64,000 bases of DNA, taken from Candidatus Latescibacterota bacterium. GTDB lineage: Bacteria > Latescibacterota > UBA2968 > GCA-2709665. Where the stretch lies: NCBI GenBank assembly GCA_965116875.1, contig OZ220733.1:1536001-1600000 (forward strand), written 5' to 3'. Each line of letters starts with the position of its first letter. Position 1 is the stretch's first letter. Below, in pieces: positions 1 through 10,002 of the stretch. A program made the translations under genes and the position numbers. The notes beneath the pieces are model-generated. The model was not told the origin of the DNA. It made no database searches and saw nothing but the letters and a program-made list of their open reading frames with translations.

Positions 1-1
1 T

Positions 2-1762
2 TACGGCACCCGGGACCAGAAAGACCGCTTCCTGCCGCGCCTGGCGCGCGGCGAAGAGATTCCCTGCTTTGCCCTCACCGAGCCGAACGCCGGGTCCGAC
101 GCAGGCAGCATCCGGTCCAGCGGGGTCGTCTTCAAGGGCGAGGACGGGCGGCCGCATCTGCGATTGAACTGGAACAAGCGATATATCACGCTCGCTTCCA
201 TCTCCACACTGATCGGCCTGGCCTTCAAACTCAGGGATCCGGACAATCTGCTGGGCAGGGGCAACAACCCCGGTATCACCTGCGCCCTCGTACCCCGCGA
301 CACGCCGGGCGTTGTGGTGGACAGACGGCACGATCCGATGGGCGTGCCCTTCCACAATGCGCCCACCGAGGGCCGGGACGTTGTCGTTCCGGCAGGCGCC
401 ATCATCGGCGGTCCGGACGGCGCCGGCCAGGGGTGGCGCATGCTGATGGAATCCCTCGCCGCGGGACGCGGCATCTCGCTGCCGGCAACCGCGGCTTTCG
501 GCGCCAAGCTGACCGCGCGGGTGGCGGGCGCCCACGCCACCGTACGCAAACAGTTCGGCCTCTCCATCGGCCGTTTCCAGGGTGTGGAGGAGCCGCTCGC
601 GCGTATCGGCGCCTTTACCTACCTGATGGAAGCCGCGAGGCGTTTTACCTGCGGCGGCCTGGACAGCGGCGAGAAATCGGCCGTGGTCTCCGCGATCGTC
701 AAGTTCAATCTCACGGAGCTGCACCGGCGCGCCATACTGGACGGTATGGACATTCTGGCGGGGAACGCCATCGCCCAGGGCCCCAGAAACCTGCTCGCAC
801 GGTCGTATCTCTGGGCGCCCATCGCCATCACGGTGGAAGGCGCGAATATCCTCACGCGAACGTTCATCACGTTCGGACAGGGCGCAATCCGGTGCCATCC
901 GTACATCTACGAGGAAATACAGGCACTCAAGACGGGCAACCTGCGCGACTTCGACCGCGCTTTCTGGGCCCACTCGGGCCACGTCATCCGCAATGCATTC
1001 CGGGCCGCGCTCCTGAGCCTGTCGCGCGGTTACCTGGCCGCCTCGCCCGTGCGGGGGCCCGCGTCCCGATACTATCGAAAACTGGCCTGGACGTCCGCAT
1101 CGTTCGCCTTTCTGGCCGACGTTGCCCTGATCACAATGGGCGGCGCCCTGAAAAAAGAAGAGAAACTTGCCGGCCGTTTCGCCGACGTCCTTTCATGGAT
1201 GTACCTGGGCACGGCCGTCTTGCGCCGGTTCGAAGCGGAAGGGCGCAGACCGGGCCACCTGCCCTATCTGCACTGGGCGATGCAATACGCGTTTGCGCAG
1301 ATTCAGCTTGGATTCAGCGGCCTGTTCCGGAACCTGCGCGGTTTCCCCGGCCTGGGTCTGTTGTTCCGCCATCCGGTCGCGCTGTGGTCTCGCCTCAACC
1401 CGATCGGCCGGATGCCATCGGACGCCCTCGGCGGCGACGTGGCCCGCGCGATACGGACGCCCGGCTCCGACAGGGATGCGCTGACCTCGGACCTCTATTT
1501 GCCGGACTCTGCCGATGAACCCCTGGCCCGGCTCGAAGCCGCATTCGAGCTTTCCTGCAAGGCCGAGCCCGTCTCCCGTGTCATCAAAGAGGCCGCGCGC
1601 GCGGGCCGGCTATCGGGACGGGACCCTCAGCGGCTGGTCGAACAGGCCATCGAAAAAGAGCTGATCACACAGGAAGACGCGGCACTCTACCGGCGCGCGG
1701 AGACCGCCAGGGACGAGGCGGTCCGTGTGGACGCGTTCACCCCTGAAGAGTACCTCCCGTAA
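2..1762 (+). CDS. fadE: Acyl-CoA dehydrogenase (FadE-type, long form), 5'-truncated by the window edge
   Basis: Frame open from position 2: YGTRDQKDRFLPRLARGEEIPCFALTEPNAGSDA; also NWNKRYITLA, RKQFGLSIGRFQGV, ITVEGANILTR and the FadE-type C-terminal extension. Confidence 0.9.
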   Translation, partial: YGTRDQKDRFLPRLARGEEIPCFALTEPNAGSDAGSIRSSGVVFKGEDGRPHLRLNWNKRYITLASISTLIGLAFKLRDPDNLLGRGNNPGITCALVPRDTPGVVVDRRHDPMGVPFHNAPTEGRDVVVPAGAIIGGPDGAGQGWRMLMESLAAGRGISLPATAAFGAKLTARVAGAHATVRKQFGLSIGRFQGVEEPLARIGAFTYLMEAARRFTCGGLDSGEKSAVVSAIVKFNLTELHRRAILDGMDILAGNAIAQGPRNLLARSYLWAPIAITVEGANILTRTFITFGQGAIRCHPYIYEEIQALKTGNLRDFDRAFWAHSGHVIRNAFRAALLSLSRGYLAASPVRGPASRYYRKLAWTSASFAFLADVALITMGGALKKEEKLAGRFADVLSWMYLGTAVLRRFEAEGRRPGHLPYLHWAMQYAFAQIQLGFSGLFRNLRGFPGLGLLFRHPVALWSRLNPIGRMPSDALGGDVARAIRTPGSDRDALTSDLYLPDSADEPLARLEAAFELSCKAEPVSRVIKEAARAGRLSGRDPQRLVEQAIEKELITQEDAALYRRAETARDEAVRVDAFTPEEYLP

Positions 1763-1841
1763 CCCGGCAGATGGTAGCGGACCGAGCCGCCACTGAAGCG
1801 GCTCTCAGACGTTGGCGACGATTTCCCGAGGAGCGCAATCC

Positions 1842-3467
1842 ATGCAAGGCCTGATGATGGACTACCCCCTCACCATGGAGCGGATCCTCGAGCACGCGAA
1901 CCGTCTGTACCCCCGAAAACGCATCTCTACTGTACTGCCCGACGGAACCGTCCACCGGTACACCTGGGCGGACCTGCACGGCCGGTCGAAGCGACTCGCC
2001 AGCGCGCTTGCCGGCCTGGGTATCGAACCGGGCGACCGGGTGGGCACCTTCGCGTGGAACAACTACCAGCACCTGGAACTGTATTTCGCCGTACCCTGCA
2101 GCGGCGCCGTCTGCCATACGCTGAATATCCGCCTCTCTCCGGATCAACTGGCGTATATCATCCGCCACGCGGAAGACAAGGCCATCTTTGTGGATGCGGC
2201 CCTGCTGCCCCGCTTCGAAGCCGTGATTGCCAGACTCGACCGCTGCCCGCGCATCGTCCTGTTCAATGTCAATCCGGAGTTCCGGATCGATCTTTCCAAC
2301 GCCATCGGCTATGAAGCCCTGATCGCCGGCGGCAGCGACTCGTTCGAGTGGCCCGATTTGGAAGAAGACAGGGCCATGGGCCTCTGCTACACCAGCGGCA
2401 CCACCGGAGAGCCCCGCGGAGCGCTGTACTCGCACCGTTCGATGGTTCTGCACACCCTCGGCGTGAACCAGTCCAACGCCGTGGGCCTCGTTGAATCGGA
2501 CGTCGTCTTGCCCGTCGTGCCCCAATTTCACGCCATGGCCTGGGGGCTGCCGTACGCCTGCGCCGCGGCCGGCGCGGAACTGGTCCTGCCGGGGCCCCAC
2601 CTGAATCCCGCCGCCCTGGCGAGGACGATCGCGGACGAAGGCGTCACGGTTGCCGCCGGCGTCCCCACCATCTGGACCGGGCTGTACGAAGCGTTGAAAG
2701 TCAATCCACGCGACGTCTCCAGCATTCGCGCCCTGATCGTGGGCGGGGCTGCCATGCCGCGCGGCCTGATCGAAGCCTACGAAACCGAACTCGGCGTACC
2801 GGTCGTACACGCCTGGGGAATGACCGAGCTCTCGCCCCTGGGCACCGTCTCCAGGCTGCAACGGCATCACCGCGCCCTTCCGGACGCGGACAGGTGGGGC
2901 GTGAAAGCCAGGCAGGGGTACCCCATTTGCGGTGTCGACATGAGGATTGTGGACGACTCCGGAAACGAAGCGCCCTGGGACGGCAGCAGCATGGGAGAGG
3001 TGCAGGTGAGGGGCCCGTGGGTGATCGGGAGCTATTACAGGCAGGACGCCGCGCCCGATCACTTCACCGCCGACGGGTGGTTCCGGACCGGCGACGTCGG
3101 CTCGATGAGTCCGGACGGCTTCCTTACCATCACGGACCGGACGAGGGACCTCATCAAGAGCGGCGGCGAGTGGATATCGAGCGTGGCGCTGGAAAACATG
3201 CTTATGGGCCACCCGGCCGTCACCGAGGCCGCCGTCATCGCCGTTCCCGACGCAAAATGGACGGAACGTCCCTTCGCCATCGCCGTTCGTTCGCCCTCCG
3301 CGGACCCGGTCACGGCAGAGGCGCTCCGGGCGCACCTCGGGTCCGCATATCCGAAATACTGGGTGCCCGACAGAATCGTCTTCGTGGAGCAGATCCCCAA
3401 GACCAGCGTTGGAAAGCTGGACAAGAAAGTCATCCGCCGGCAGTATGCGGAGGGAACGTTCGGATAA
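1842..3467 (+). CDS. Long/medium-chain fatty acid--CoA ligase (AMP-binding)
   Basis: [14 protein letters not shown]-binding motif, [34 protein letters not shown]; ATG 1842 follows GAGGAG. Confidence 0.92.
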   Translation: MQGLMMDYPLTMERILEHANRLYPRKRISTVLPDGTVHRYTWADLHGRSKRLASALAGLGIEPGDRVGTFAWNNYQHLELYFAVPCSGAVCHTLNIRLSPDQLAYIIRHAEDKAIFVDAALLPRFEAVIARLDRCPRIVLFNVNPEFRIDLSNAIGYEALIAGGSDSFEWPDLEEDRAMGLCYTSGTTGEPRGALYSHRSMVLHTLGVNQSNAVGLVESDVVLPVVPQFHAMAWGLPYACAAAGAELVLPGPHLNPAALARTIADEGVTVAAGVPTIWTGLYEALKVNPRDVSSIRALIVGGAAMPRGLIEAYETELGVPVVHAWGMTELSPLGTVSRLQRHHRALPDADRWGVKARQGYPICGVDMRIVDDSGNEAPWDGSSMGEVQVRGPWVIGSYYRQDAAPDHFTADGWFRTGDVGSMSPDGFLTITDRTRDLIKSGGEWISSVALENMLMGHPAVTEAAVIAVPDAKWTERPFAIAVRSPSADPVTAEALRAHLGSAYPKYWVPDRIVFVEQIPKTSVGKLDKKVIRRQYAEGTFG

Positions 3468-3498
3468 CCGGCCGCCTCCCGGGAAAACAGGAGTTGCA

Positions 3499-4230
3499 AT
3501 GCCTCTCCACCTGAAGAACCCTCACAGCATCCTGGCCGTCCTGCAAACCCGGCCCCAGGACGTCTACGAAATCCGTCTGCCGGAGCCCGTGGCCGGCCCA
3601 TGGAGCCGTGTCCGGTCGGCCGCCGCTGAAATCGGCGTCAAATTCGCGGGCGGGACCCGCGGCTCCCGGAGGCAGGGCCGGACGGGACGGGCCGGAGGCG
3701 CCGAGGCCGTTGTCAGAGAACGTCGCGCGGTCCCTGTCGAGGAGATGTTCGCGAACGTGCCCGGGACCGGACTCTGGCTTGCGCTCGACCGTGTGCAGGA
3801 CCCGCACAACGCGGGGGCGATCTTTCGGACCGCCGCCTTCTTCGGCGTTCGCGGCATCCTGATCACGCGGGACCGCTCGGTCCCGCTCACGGATACCGTG
3901 TACGACGTCGCATCCGGCGGTGTCGAACACGTGCCCTTCTGCTTCCCGGCCAATCTCGGCAGAGCGCTCGACCTGGCGCGGAATGCGAACCTCTGGATCC
4001 TGGGCGCGTCCGAACACGCCGACGCCGGCCTGGACCGGATCGCGGCCGACCGTCCCTGGCTGATCGTCCTGGGCAACGAGGAACGCGGGCTCCGCCGTCT
4101 CACGCTGGACAAATGCGACGCCACATGCAGAATCCCATCCACGGGACACGTCGCCTCGCTGAACGTCTCCGTGGCCGCGGGCATAATCATGCAGAAACTC
4201 GCCGCGCCGCCGGATACGACGACCGGATAG
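3499..4230 (+). CDS. SpoU/TrmH family RNA 2'-O-methyltransferase (RlmB-like)
   Basis: LDRVQDPHNAGAIFRTA, LGNEERGL, SLNVSVAAGI motifs; AGGAG RBS before ATG 3499. Confidence 0.88.
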   Translation: MPLHLKNPHSILAVLQTRPQDVYEIRLPEPVAGPWSRVRSAAAEIGVKFAGGTRGSRRQGRTGRAGGAEAVVRERRAVPVEEMFANVPGTGLWLALDRVQDPHNAGAIFRTAAFFGVRGILITRDRSVPLTDTVYDVASGGVEHVPFCFPANLGRALDLARNANLWILGASEHADAGLDRIAADRPWLIVLGNEERGLRRLTLDKCDATCRIPSTGHVASLNVSVAAGIIMQKLAAPPDTTTG

Positions 4231-4316
4231 ACTGCCGACTGTCGCGCGAACGGCGGCGCTCTTGTCATCAAATCCGATTTGCCGTATCTTTTTCGACAAA
4301 TTCGGGGGAAAAGCCG

Positions 4317-4943
4317 ATGTCCGAGACCATCTTCTGGGACGTGGACACCCAGTACGACTTCATCATGCCGGACGGCAAACTCTACATCCGGGAGGCAGAG
4401 AAGATCCTGCCCAATCTGGAGCGGCTCACGGCCTGCGCCCGGCAGCGGAAGATCCCCATCTTCGGGTCCGTAGACTACCACAACCCCGACGACGGCGAGA
4501 TTTCGGACTCGCCCGACTTCCGGAACACCTTTCCGCCGCACTGTCTCAAGGATACCCCGGGCCAGCGAAAAGTCACGGAAACACGCCCGGTGAATCCGCT
4601 GTGGATCGACAGCGCCCCGGAGGACACCGCCACGCTCGGCGAACGGGTCCGGAACCACACGGGTGAGGTCATCTTCCGCAAACAGCGCTTCGACGTATTC
4701 ACCAACCGGAACGTGGATCCCGTTCTGAACGCCGTCAGGCCCGGGCGCATCGTACTGTACGGCGTTGCCCTGGACGTCTGCAATGCCTACGCAATCGACG
4801 GCTTTCTGGAGAGAAACACCGCGCCCGTCCAACTGGTGCTGGACGCCACGCAGGCCATCTTCCCCGAACGGGGAGAAACGCTCGTGGAAGGCTGGAAGGC
4901 CCGCGGCGTCACCGTTGTTTCCACCGACGAGATCACCGAATAG
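4317..4943 (+). CDS. Isochorismatase-family cysteine hydrolase (nicotinamidase-like)
   Basis: DVDTQYDF, DYH, FPPHC, FRKQRFDVF, GVALDVC motifs. Confidence 0.82.
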   Translation: MSETIFWDVDTQYDFIMPDGKLYIREAEKILPNLERLTACARQRKIPIFGSVDYHNPDDGEISDSPDFRNTFPPHCLKDTPGQRKVTETRPVNPLWIDSAPEDTATLGERVRNHTGEVIFRKQRFDVFTNRNVDPVLNAVRPGRIVLYGVALDVCNAYAIDGFLERNTAPVQLVLDATQAIFPERGETLVEGWKARGVTVVSTDEITE

Positions 4944-4958
4944 AGTGATTCAAAGCCG

Positions 4959-5000
4959 AAAAAGCGCATCGCCCTGAGCCTCGGGACGATGCGCTTTTTT
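4959..5000. terminator. Bidirectional intrinsic terminator between convergent transcription units
   Basis: AAAAAGCGCATCG...CGATGCGCTTTTTT hairpin with A tract left and T tract right. Confidence 0.8.
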
Positions 5001-5182
5001 GTACCCGCGAGTAACCTGTATCACTGCCCGGCCGCTGCCGCACAAAGGCAGGTCAAGTGCCAGAATCAGTGTTGTTTGGATATATGTGAGCAGACAGGAA
5101 TGTCCGCTCCACCCTCCAGGCGTCGTTCGCGCCGACCAACATCCGCCAAGCTCGGCGCTACCTGTCGCTGACGCGGGATGTG

Positions 5183-6289
5183 CTACTCAGACGGCTTTCC
5201 CGCGGACACCGCCAGATCTTTGAACAGGGTCTGGTACTTGCCGTACCCGGCCGCCTTGAGCTCATCCGCGGGAATGAACCTCAGCGCGGCCGAATTGATG
5301 CAATAGCGCAGTCCGGTCGGCGCGGGGCCGTCGTTGAATACGTGGCCGAGGTGCGAATCCCCGTACTTGCTGCGCACCTCGGTTCGGGTCATGAAGAGAC
5401 TGTTGTCCACGCGCTCAACCACGTGATCCGGCGCGAGGGGCTGCGTGAAGCTCGGCCATCCCGTGCCCGACCGGTATTTGTGCGTTGAGCTGAAGAGGGG
5501 CTCGCCCGATACGACGTCCACGTAGATGCCCGGCTTCTTGTTGTCCCAGTACTCGTTTCGGAACGGCCGCTCGGTACCGTCTTCCTGGGTCACGTTCCAC
5601 TGAAGCGGCGTCAGTTTCCCGCGCAGTTCCGCGTCCGGGGGTTTCATCCAGGCCCCGCCGGAGGGTTTGGCCGGCTTGTCCCGCCCCCAGGTCTTTTCGA
5701 TAAACCGGTCGCGTCCGGAGCCCTTCCGGTAGCGGTTGTAGTGAGCCGGCTTCTTCCTGTAGTAGTCCTGGTGATATTCCTCCGCCGGATAGAAGGTCTC
5801 CGCGGGCCGGATGGGCGTGACGATGTGGGCGTTGAAGCGGCCGGATTTCTCAAGGGCCTCTTTCGAAGCTTCCGCAAGTTGTTTCTGCTTTTCGTCGTGA
5901 TAGAAGATGGCGGACGAGTATTGATGGCCCCGGTCATAGAACGACCCTCCGGCATCGGTGGGGTCGAACTGCATCCAGTATACGTCGAGCAACTGCGCGT
6001 AGGTCACCACGGCCGGGTCGTACGTGACCAACACCGACTCGATGTGGCGGGTACTGCCCGAACTGACCTGGCCGTAGGTTGGATTCCGGATCTCCCCGCC
6101 GGTATAGCCGGATACCGCGGAAACAACGCCCTCGAGCTTGTCGAATGGCGCCTCGATGCACCAGAAGCAGCCGCCGGCGAAAGTGGCCTGCTCCACGTTT
6201 TTCGTTTCGGAACGGCCGTCCCCGGGGCCCAGGGCCAACGCGACAATGACAACGGTAGCGGCCAGCAACAGCACGAGTGTGGTTTTCAT
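5183..6289 (-). CDS. msrAB: Exported bifunctional peptide methionine sulfoxide reductase MsrA-MsrB
   Basis: N-terminal signal peptide; MsrA FAGGCFWC and AEEYHQDYY; MsrB GWPSF, SHLGHVF, RYCINS. Confidence 0.95.
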   Translation of the reverse strand: MKTTLVLLLAATVVIVALALGPGDGRSETKNVEQATFAGGCFWCIEAPFDKLEGVVSAVSGYTGGEIRNPTYGQVSSGSTRHIESVLVTYDPAVVTYAQLLDVYWMQFDPTDAGGSFYDRGHQYSSAIFYHDEKQKQLAEASKEALEKSGRFNAHIVTPIRPAETFYPAEEYHQDYYRKKPAHYNRYRKGSGRDRFIEKTWGRDKPAKPSGGAWMKPPDAELRGKLTPLQWNVTQEDGTERPFRNEYWDNKKPGIYVDVVSGEPLFSSTHKYRSGTGWPSFTQPLAPDHVVERVDNSLFMTRTEVRSKYGDSHLGHVFNDGPAPTGLRYCINSAALRFIPADELKAAGYGKYQTLFKDLAVSAGKPSE

Positions 6290-6452
6290 CCGGGTTCCTC
6301 CTCACGTTTACGGCGCTCGGGCCGAACGCGTCGCATCGGATACAGGCGACAAAAAAGCTGATTTGGCCTCGGGACGGTATCCCGGAAGCCGCGAGAGGGA
6401 ATCGATAGCCTTCATGTATGGGACGCCGGCAGACGGCGTTGGGTTGCATGAA

Positions 6453-6577
6453 ACGGGAAGAGGGTAGAGGGAAGACGGGAGAAGAAACCCTTGCACGGTA
6501 TGCTTTTGCTCCTTGCCTTCGGCACGAAAAGAATCCTCACGAGGCAGGCAATCTCTCCCCTCTTCCGTCTCCCCGCT
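6453..6577 (+). repeat. Dispersed ~110-160 bp intergenic repeat, family B (representative copy)
   Basis: Core CCTTGCC..CGGCA.GAGAAGAA.CCT flanked by GGAGACG/CCGTCTC-type heptamers; related copies near 12662, 30920, 32375, 48294, 48735, 49950, 52127, 52903, 53843. Confidence 0.75.
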
Positions 6578-6600
6578 TTTAGCTGACCGCTCTTTCTTTC

Positions 6601-6629
6601 TTGATATCTGAACGTTTGTGCAGTATATT
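6601..6629 (+). promoter_or_regulatory. sigma70-type promoter with a LexA-like GAAC-N4-GTKC box in the spacer; probably leaderless
   Basis: TTGATA (6601-6606), 17 bp, TATATT (6624-6629); GAACgtttGTGC at 6610-6621; ATG at 6636 with no SD. Confidence 0.55.
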
Positions 6630-6635
6630 CAGCAT

Positions 6636-7433
6636 ATGGCGCATACGCACCTTGCCATTGAAGAGACCGCGGCGCGTTCCGTGCTGATGCCTCAGGACGG
6701 TCCTCCCGTCACGCGATACACCCTGAATCCGTACGTGGGTTGCGGGATGGGGTGCGCATATTGCTACGTCATGAAATACCACTACGCCGTGGAACACCCC
6801 CTGCCGTGGGGGGCATGGGTGCAGCCCAAGACAAACGCGCCGTTTCTTCTGGGCAGGGCGCGAGACAAGATCTGGGGCCGGCGTATTTTCGTGGGCTCCG
6901 CCACGGACCCCTATCAATACGTGGAACGTCAGTACCGGCTGACCCGCCGCTGCCTGGGCGTGCTGCAGGACAGCAACCCGAAAGACGTTGTGGTGCATAC
7001 GCGGAGTCACCTGGTTCTGGATGACGCGGAACTGCTGCGGACGTTCAGGTCCCCTCTGCGCGTGTGTTTTTCCGTACCCACGGACGACGACCGCGTGCGG
7101 AGAAAGCTGGAGCCGCACGCCCCTCGCATCGACGTCCGGCTGAAAACCATGCGCCGCCTGAGGGCCGCGGGCATTCACGTCACGGCGGCGCTCGCGCCCC
7201 TGCTCCACTGCGAGCCGGCCCGCTTCGTCCGGCTGCTGAAAGACGCCGCTGACGACGTCTACATCGGTTCGATGCGCTATACCGACAAGACGGGCCTCCG
7301 GACCACGGACAGAGCCAGGGCGTATTTCGAGAGCGCCCGTTACAAGGACCTGGTCGCGGAGATGGACCGCTGCCTCGACACGTCCGGCCTGAAGACGAAC
7401 CGGGACGACGAGCGGGATTTCGCGTCGCGATGA
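6636..7433 (+). CDS. Radical SAM protein, spore-photoproduct-lyase-like family
   Basis: LNPYVGCGMGCAYCY (CxxxCxxC), GSATDPYQ.VE..YRLTR, RRKLEPHAP. Confidence 0.85.
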   Translation: MAHTHLAIEETAARSVLMPQDGPPVTRYTLNPYVGCGMGCAYCYVMKYHYAVEHPLPWGAWVQPKTNAPFLLGRARDKIWGRRIFVGSATDPYQYVERQYRLTRRCLGVLQDSNPKDVVVHTRSHLVLDDAELLRTFRSPLRVCFSVPTDDDRVRRKLEPHAPRIDVRLKTMRRLRAAGIHVTAALAPLLHCEPARFVRLLKDAADDVYIGSMRYTDKTGLRTTDRARAYFESARYKDLVAEMDRCLDTSGLKTNRDDERDFASR

Positions 7434-7436
7434 GCC

Positions 7437-7480
7437 AAAAAAAAGGGATGCGCGAAGGTGTGGGTTCCTTCGGACATCCC
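7437..7480 (-). terminator. Intrinsic terminator for the UBact-proteasome operon
   Basis: GGGATG..CGAAGG-loop-CCTTCG..CATCCC hairpin with an A8 tract on its left (U tract on - strand), just past the pafA stop. Confidence 0.6.
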
Positions 7481-7533
7481 GTGTTCATCCCGCTTGGCGC
7501 GGCATGGCGATACCGATTACGGTCCCAGCACTG

Positions 7534-9000
7534 TCATTTCAACCTGCGGCGCATGGGGCGGCGGGGCGAGGGCGCCGCGGAACGGATTTCCCGGATGAAT
7601 GCTGCCGCGGCGTCGCGGTAGGTCTCGAACGGATCCAGGAGACTCAGATGGCTTTCGTTCTCCAGATAGACCGAGTCCCAGTCCACGATATACCGCATCC
7701 GGTTTTCGGACAGGGCCCTGATCACGTCGGACCGGCCCCGGGCCCTCGTATCCGCAGGCGGCTCGTCTCCCGCGCGGGCGATCTGCTCCTCGGACAGAAT
7801 GCGGTGCGTCATCCCCTTGTGTTCGAGGTCCAGGAAAAACCCCCGGTTGGGATCGATATTGTGATACTCCAGGTCCAGGCTCTGGAGCCAGGGATCGTTC
7901 CATTCCAGGCCCTCCGACTGCACGAACATCTCCAGCATCCACTTTTTCGCCACCCAGTCCAGCCGGTCCTTCAGGGCCATCGGATCCCGCTCAAGGGCGT
8001 CCAGCGTGTTCTCCCATTCCACCAGCACCCAGTCCGACTCGTCATCCATCCCGCGCAGATGCCGTTTCGCCAGATCCAGGTACTGGCGCTGGATGTCCAC
8101 GGCGGAAACCGGCCTGCCGTTCTTGCGTTCCAGAATCCACTTATGGGTGGGGTCACGGGAAATCTCCTTCAACGCCCACACCGGGTCGCCAAGGCCCACG
8201 TCCTGCGGGAAGATCTTCTGCTCGAGCAGATTCAACACCATCGCCGTGGTTCCGACCTTCAGCGCGGTGGCGTACTCCGACATATTCGAGTCGCCCATCA
8301 GCAGGTGCAGCCTGCGGTACTTGTTGTAGTCGGCCAGCGGTTCGTCGCGCGTGTTGATGATCGCGCGGCTGAACTGGATCCACTGATAGATCTCCGTGAC
8401 GATGTGGTCCGCGCGCTGCGAAATCTGAAAGGCGACGGGATCCTCATGCCCGCCGTCGTCGACGTCGTCCCTGCCATAATAGTAGAAGCTGTCGTCGTAG
8501 CTGCCCACCCTCCCGGCGCCGCTGTAGATCTGCCGCGTAACCAGAAAAGGAAGCAGCGCCGGTATCACAACCATCGAGAACGGTACGTTTCGCCGAATCA
8601 GGTAATTCTCGTGGCAGCCGAACGTGGCGCCTGTATAATGATCGATATTGTTCTTGAGGAACGAAGCCTCTTTCGCCAGCCCCAGCGAACGAAGCGCCCG
8701 CTGCAGAAGCCGTTCCCCCGCCCGGTCGGAGGCCACCAGATCGAACAGGCTCTTGCACTCCGGCGTGGTGTATTCGATATGCCCCATATCGATATATACC
8801 CTGCCGGAATTGAACAAAAAACCGCCGTTTCCCGGCGGTTCGTCCCGGCCCCGATAGTGGATATCGACAATACCCTTGCGCTCGGTGTGAAAGACGTGGT
8901 CCTTCACCTTCACCGTAATCGCATCCGGGCTGACGAACCCCTCATGCTCCGGCGCCATGCATCCGAATTCGGTTTCCAGACCGAAAATGCGACGTTCCAT
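7534..9000 (-). CDS. pafA: Pup/UBact--protein ligase PafA family
   Basis: RIFGLETEFG, GGRVYIDMGHIEYTTPEC-like segment without the Dop loop, FGCHENYL, SRAIINTRDEP, YRRLHLLMGDSNMSE, LDWVAK, DLEYH. Confidence 0.88.
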   Translation of the reverse strand: MERRIFGLETEFGCMAPEHEGFVSPDAITVKVKDHVFHTERKGIVDIHYRGRDEPPGNGGFLFNSGRVYIDMGHIEYTTPECKSLFDLVASDRAGERLLQRALRSLGLAKEASFLKNNIDHYTGATFGCHENYLIRRNVPFSMVVIPALLPFLVTRQIYSGAGRVGSYDDSFYYYGRDDVDDGGHEDPVAFQISQRADHIVTEIYQWIQFSRAIINTRDEPLADYNKYRRLHLLMGDSNMSEYATALKVGTTAMVLNLLEQKIFPQDVGLGDPVWALKEISRDPTHKWILERKNGRPVSAVDIQRQYLDLAKRHLRGMDDESDWVLVEWENTLDALERDPMALKDRLDWVAKKWMLEMFVQSEGLEWNDPWLQSLDLEYHNIDPNRGFFLDLEHKGMTHRILSEEQIARAGDEPPADTRARGRSDVIRALSENRMRYIVDWDSVYLENESHLSLLDPFETYRDAAAAFIREIRSAAPSPRRPMRRRLK

Positions 9001-9069
9001 TTCGCATCCTTATATGGACGTCTGCTCGTCGATGCCGGTGGGGACAGCCTCCAACCTCGGCGACAGGCC

Positions 9070-9094
9070 GGGCGCCCACAAGGGACGCCCCTAC
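9070..9094 (-). repeat. GTAG-type REP palindrome (family F)
   Basis: Reads GTAGGGGCGTCCCTTGTGGGCGCCC on - strand; relatives at 47708-47732, 49793-49817, 50058-50081. Confidence 0.65.
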
Positions 9095-9136
9095 ACGGGC
9101 GGGGCGAGGGTCTGGTGTTCGATACGATGATCGCCA

Positions 9137-9198
9137 ACCCTTCGACCCTTCGACCCTTCGACAGGCTCAGGGACCGCAGACTCAGGGAGCGGCTCAGT
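9137..9198 (+). repeat. Short repeat CCCTTCGA x3 followed by three CTCAG-containing motifs
   Basis: acccttcgacccttcgacccttcgacaggctcagggaccgcagactcagggagcggctcag between prcA and pafA. Confidence 0.5.
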
Positions 9199-9210
9199 CT
9201 TCAGACGCAA

Positions 9211-10002
9211 TTACGTCGCCTCTGAGCGATACGGCCTGATCACGGGCCGAATCTCCCGATCGCCAAGGACGCGAAACCGGCGTTTGCCAGGCCCGGACCG
9301 GTCCAAAACCACGGCCTCAACCGTGGCCGATTCCAGCGCCTCCTTCAGGATCGCCTGCAGATCCGCTTCTTCGGCCGCCCGTTCCAGCTCCGACGCATCC
9401 CGTGGAATCTCGTCCAGGGTTCCCACATACCGTCCCGCCGCCCACGCCTCCAGCGCGGCCTTCAAGGCGTTCCGCAGGCTGAGCCGGTCCGTATCCGGCA
9501 GGCGGCTCCGCATCAACCCGTCCGCTTCCGGAACCTCGCCCACAACGCCTCGGCCTTCGTGCTTCTGAAACGTGCCGTCGTAGTCCACGGTATAAAAGAC
9601 GGCGCCTTCCTCCGATACATCCAGCTCCAGCATCAGGACACGCACGATAAACGGCGACCGGAACACCTCGTCGAACGCCGTCTTGACCGCGGGACCCAGG
9701 CCGAAGTGCACGATCTGCTGCAGGTTCACGTCCTGCTCGGAATAATTGAACCCGATCACCGACGCCAGGTCCACGGCGGACTGCCGCAGCTTTTCGATGT
9801 CGGCCGGGTGCCCGAGCGCCGCCATACCGATGCGGTCGTACACTTCGAAGATTTTCTGTTGTCCCCGACCCAGCGTCAGGAGAAGGGCGCCGTCCCGATA
9901 CGCCAGACCCACAACCGGGCTCCCGCCCCGGAGCTGGTCCTCTATATATTCGCGCCGGTTGGCGACCGCCTCCGCCCATCGATAGGGTTCGTCCAGCATC
10001 AT
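9211..10002 (-). CDS. prcA: 20S proteasome alpha subunit
   Basis: NRREYIEDQLRGGSPVVGLAY.DG, KIFEVYDRIGMAALG...DIEKLR, FYTVDYDG; overlaps the prcB stop. Confidence 0.85.
   Translation of the reverse strand: MMLDEPYRWAEAVANRREYIEDQLRGGSPVVGLAYRDGALLLTLGRGQQKIFEVYDRIGMAALGHPADIEKLRQSAVDLASVIGFNYSEQDVNLQQIVHFGLGPAVKTAFDEVFRSPFIVRVLMLELDVSEEGAVFYTVDYDGTFQKHEGRGVVGEVPEADGLMRSRLPDTDRLSLRNALKAALEAWAAGRYVGTLDEIPRDASELERAAEEADLQAILKEALESATVEAVVLDRSGPGKRRFRVLGDREIRPVIRPYRSEAT

Noticed and set aside
7504-9225. Long antisense ORFs (also 1737-3335, 34907-37030, 44854-47139, 59355-61343)
   Set aside because: Expected shadows of GC-rich genes on the opposite strand; no motifs
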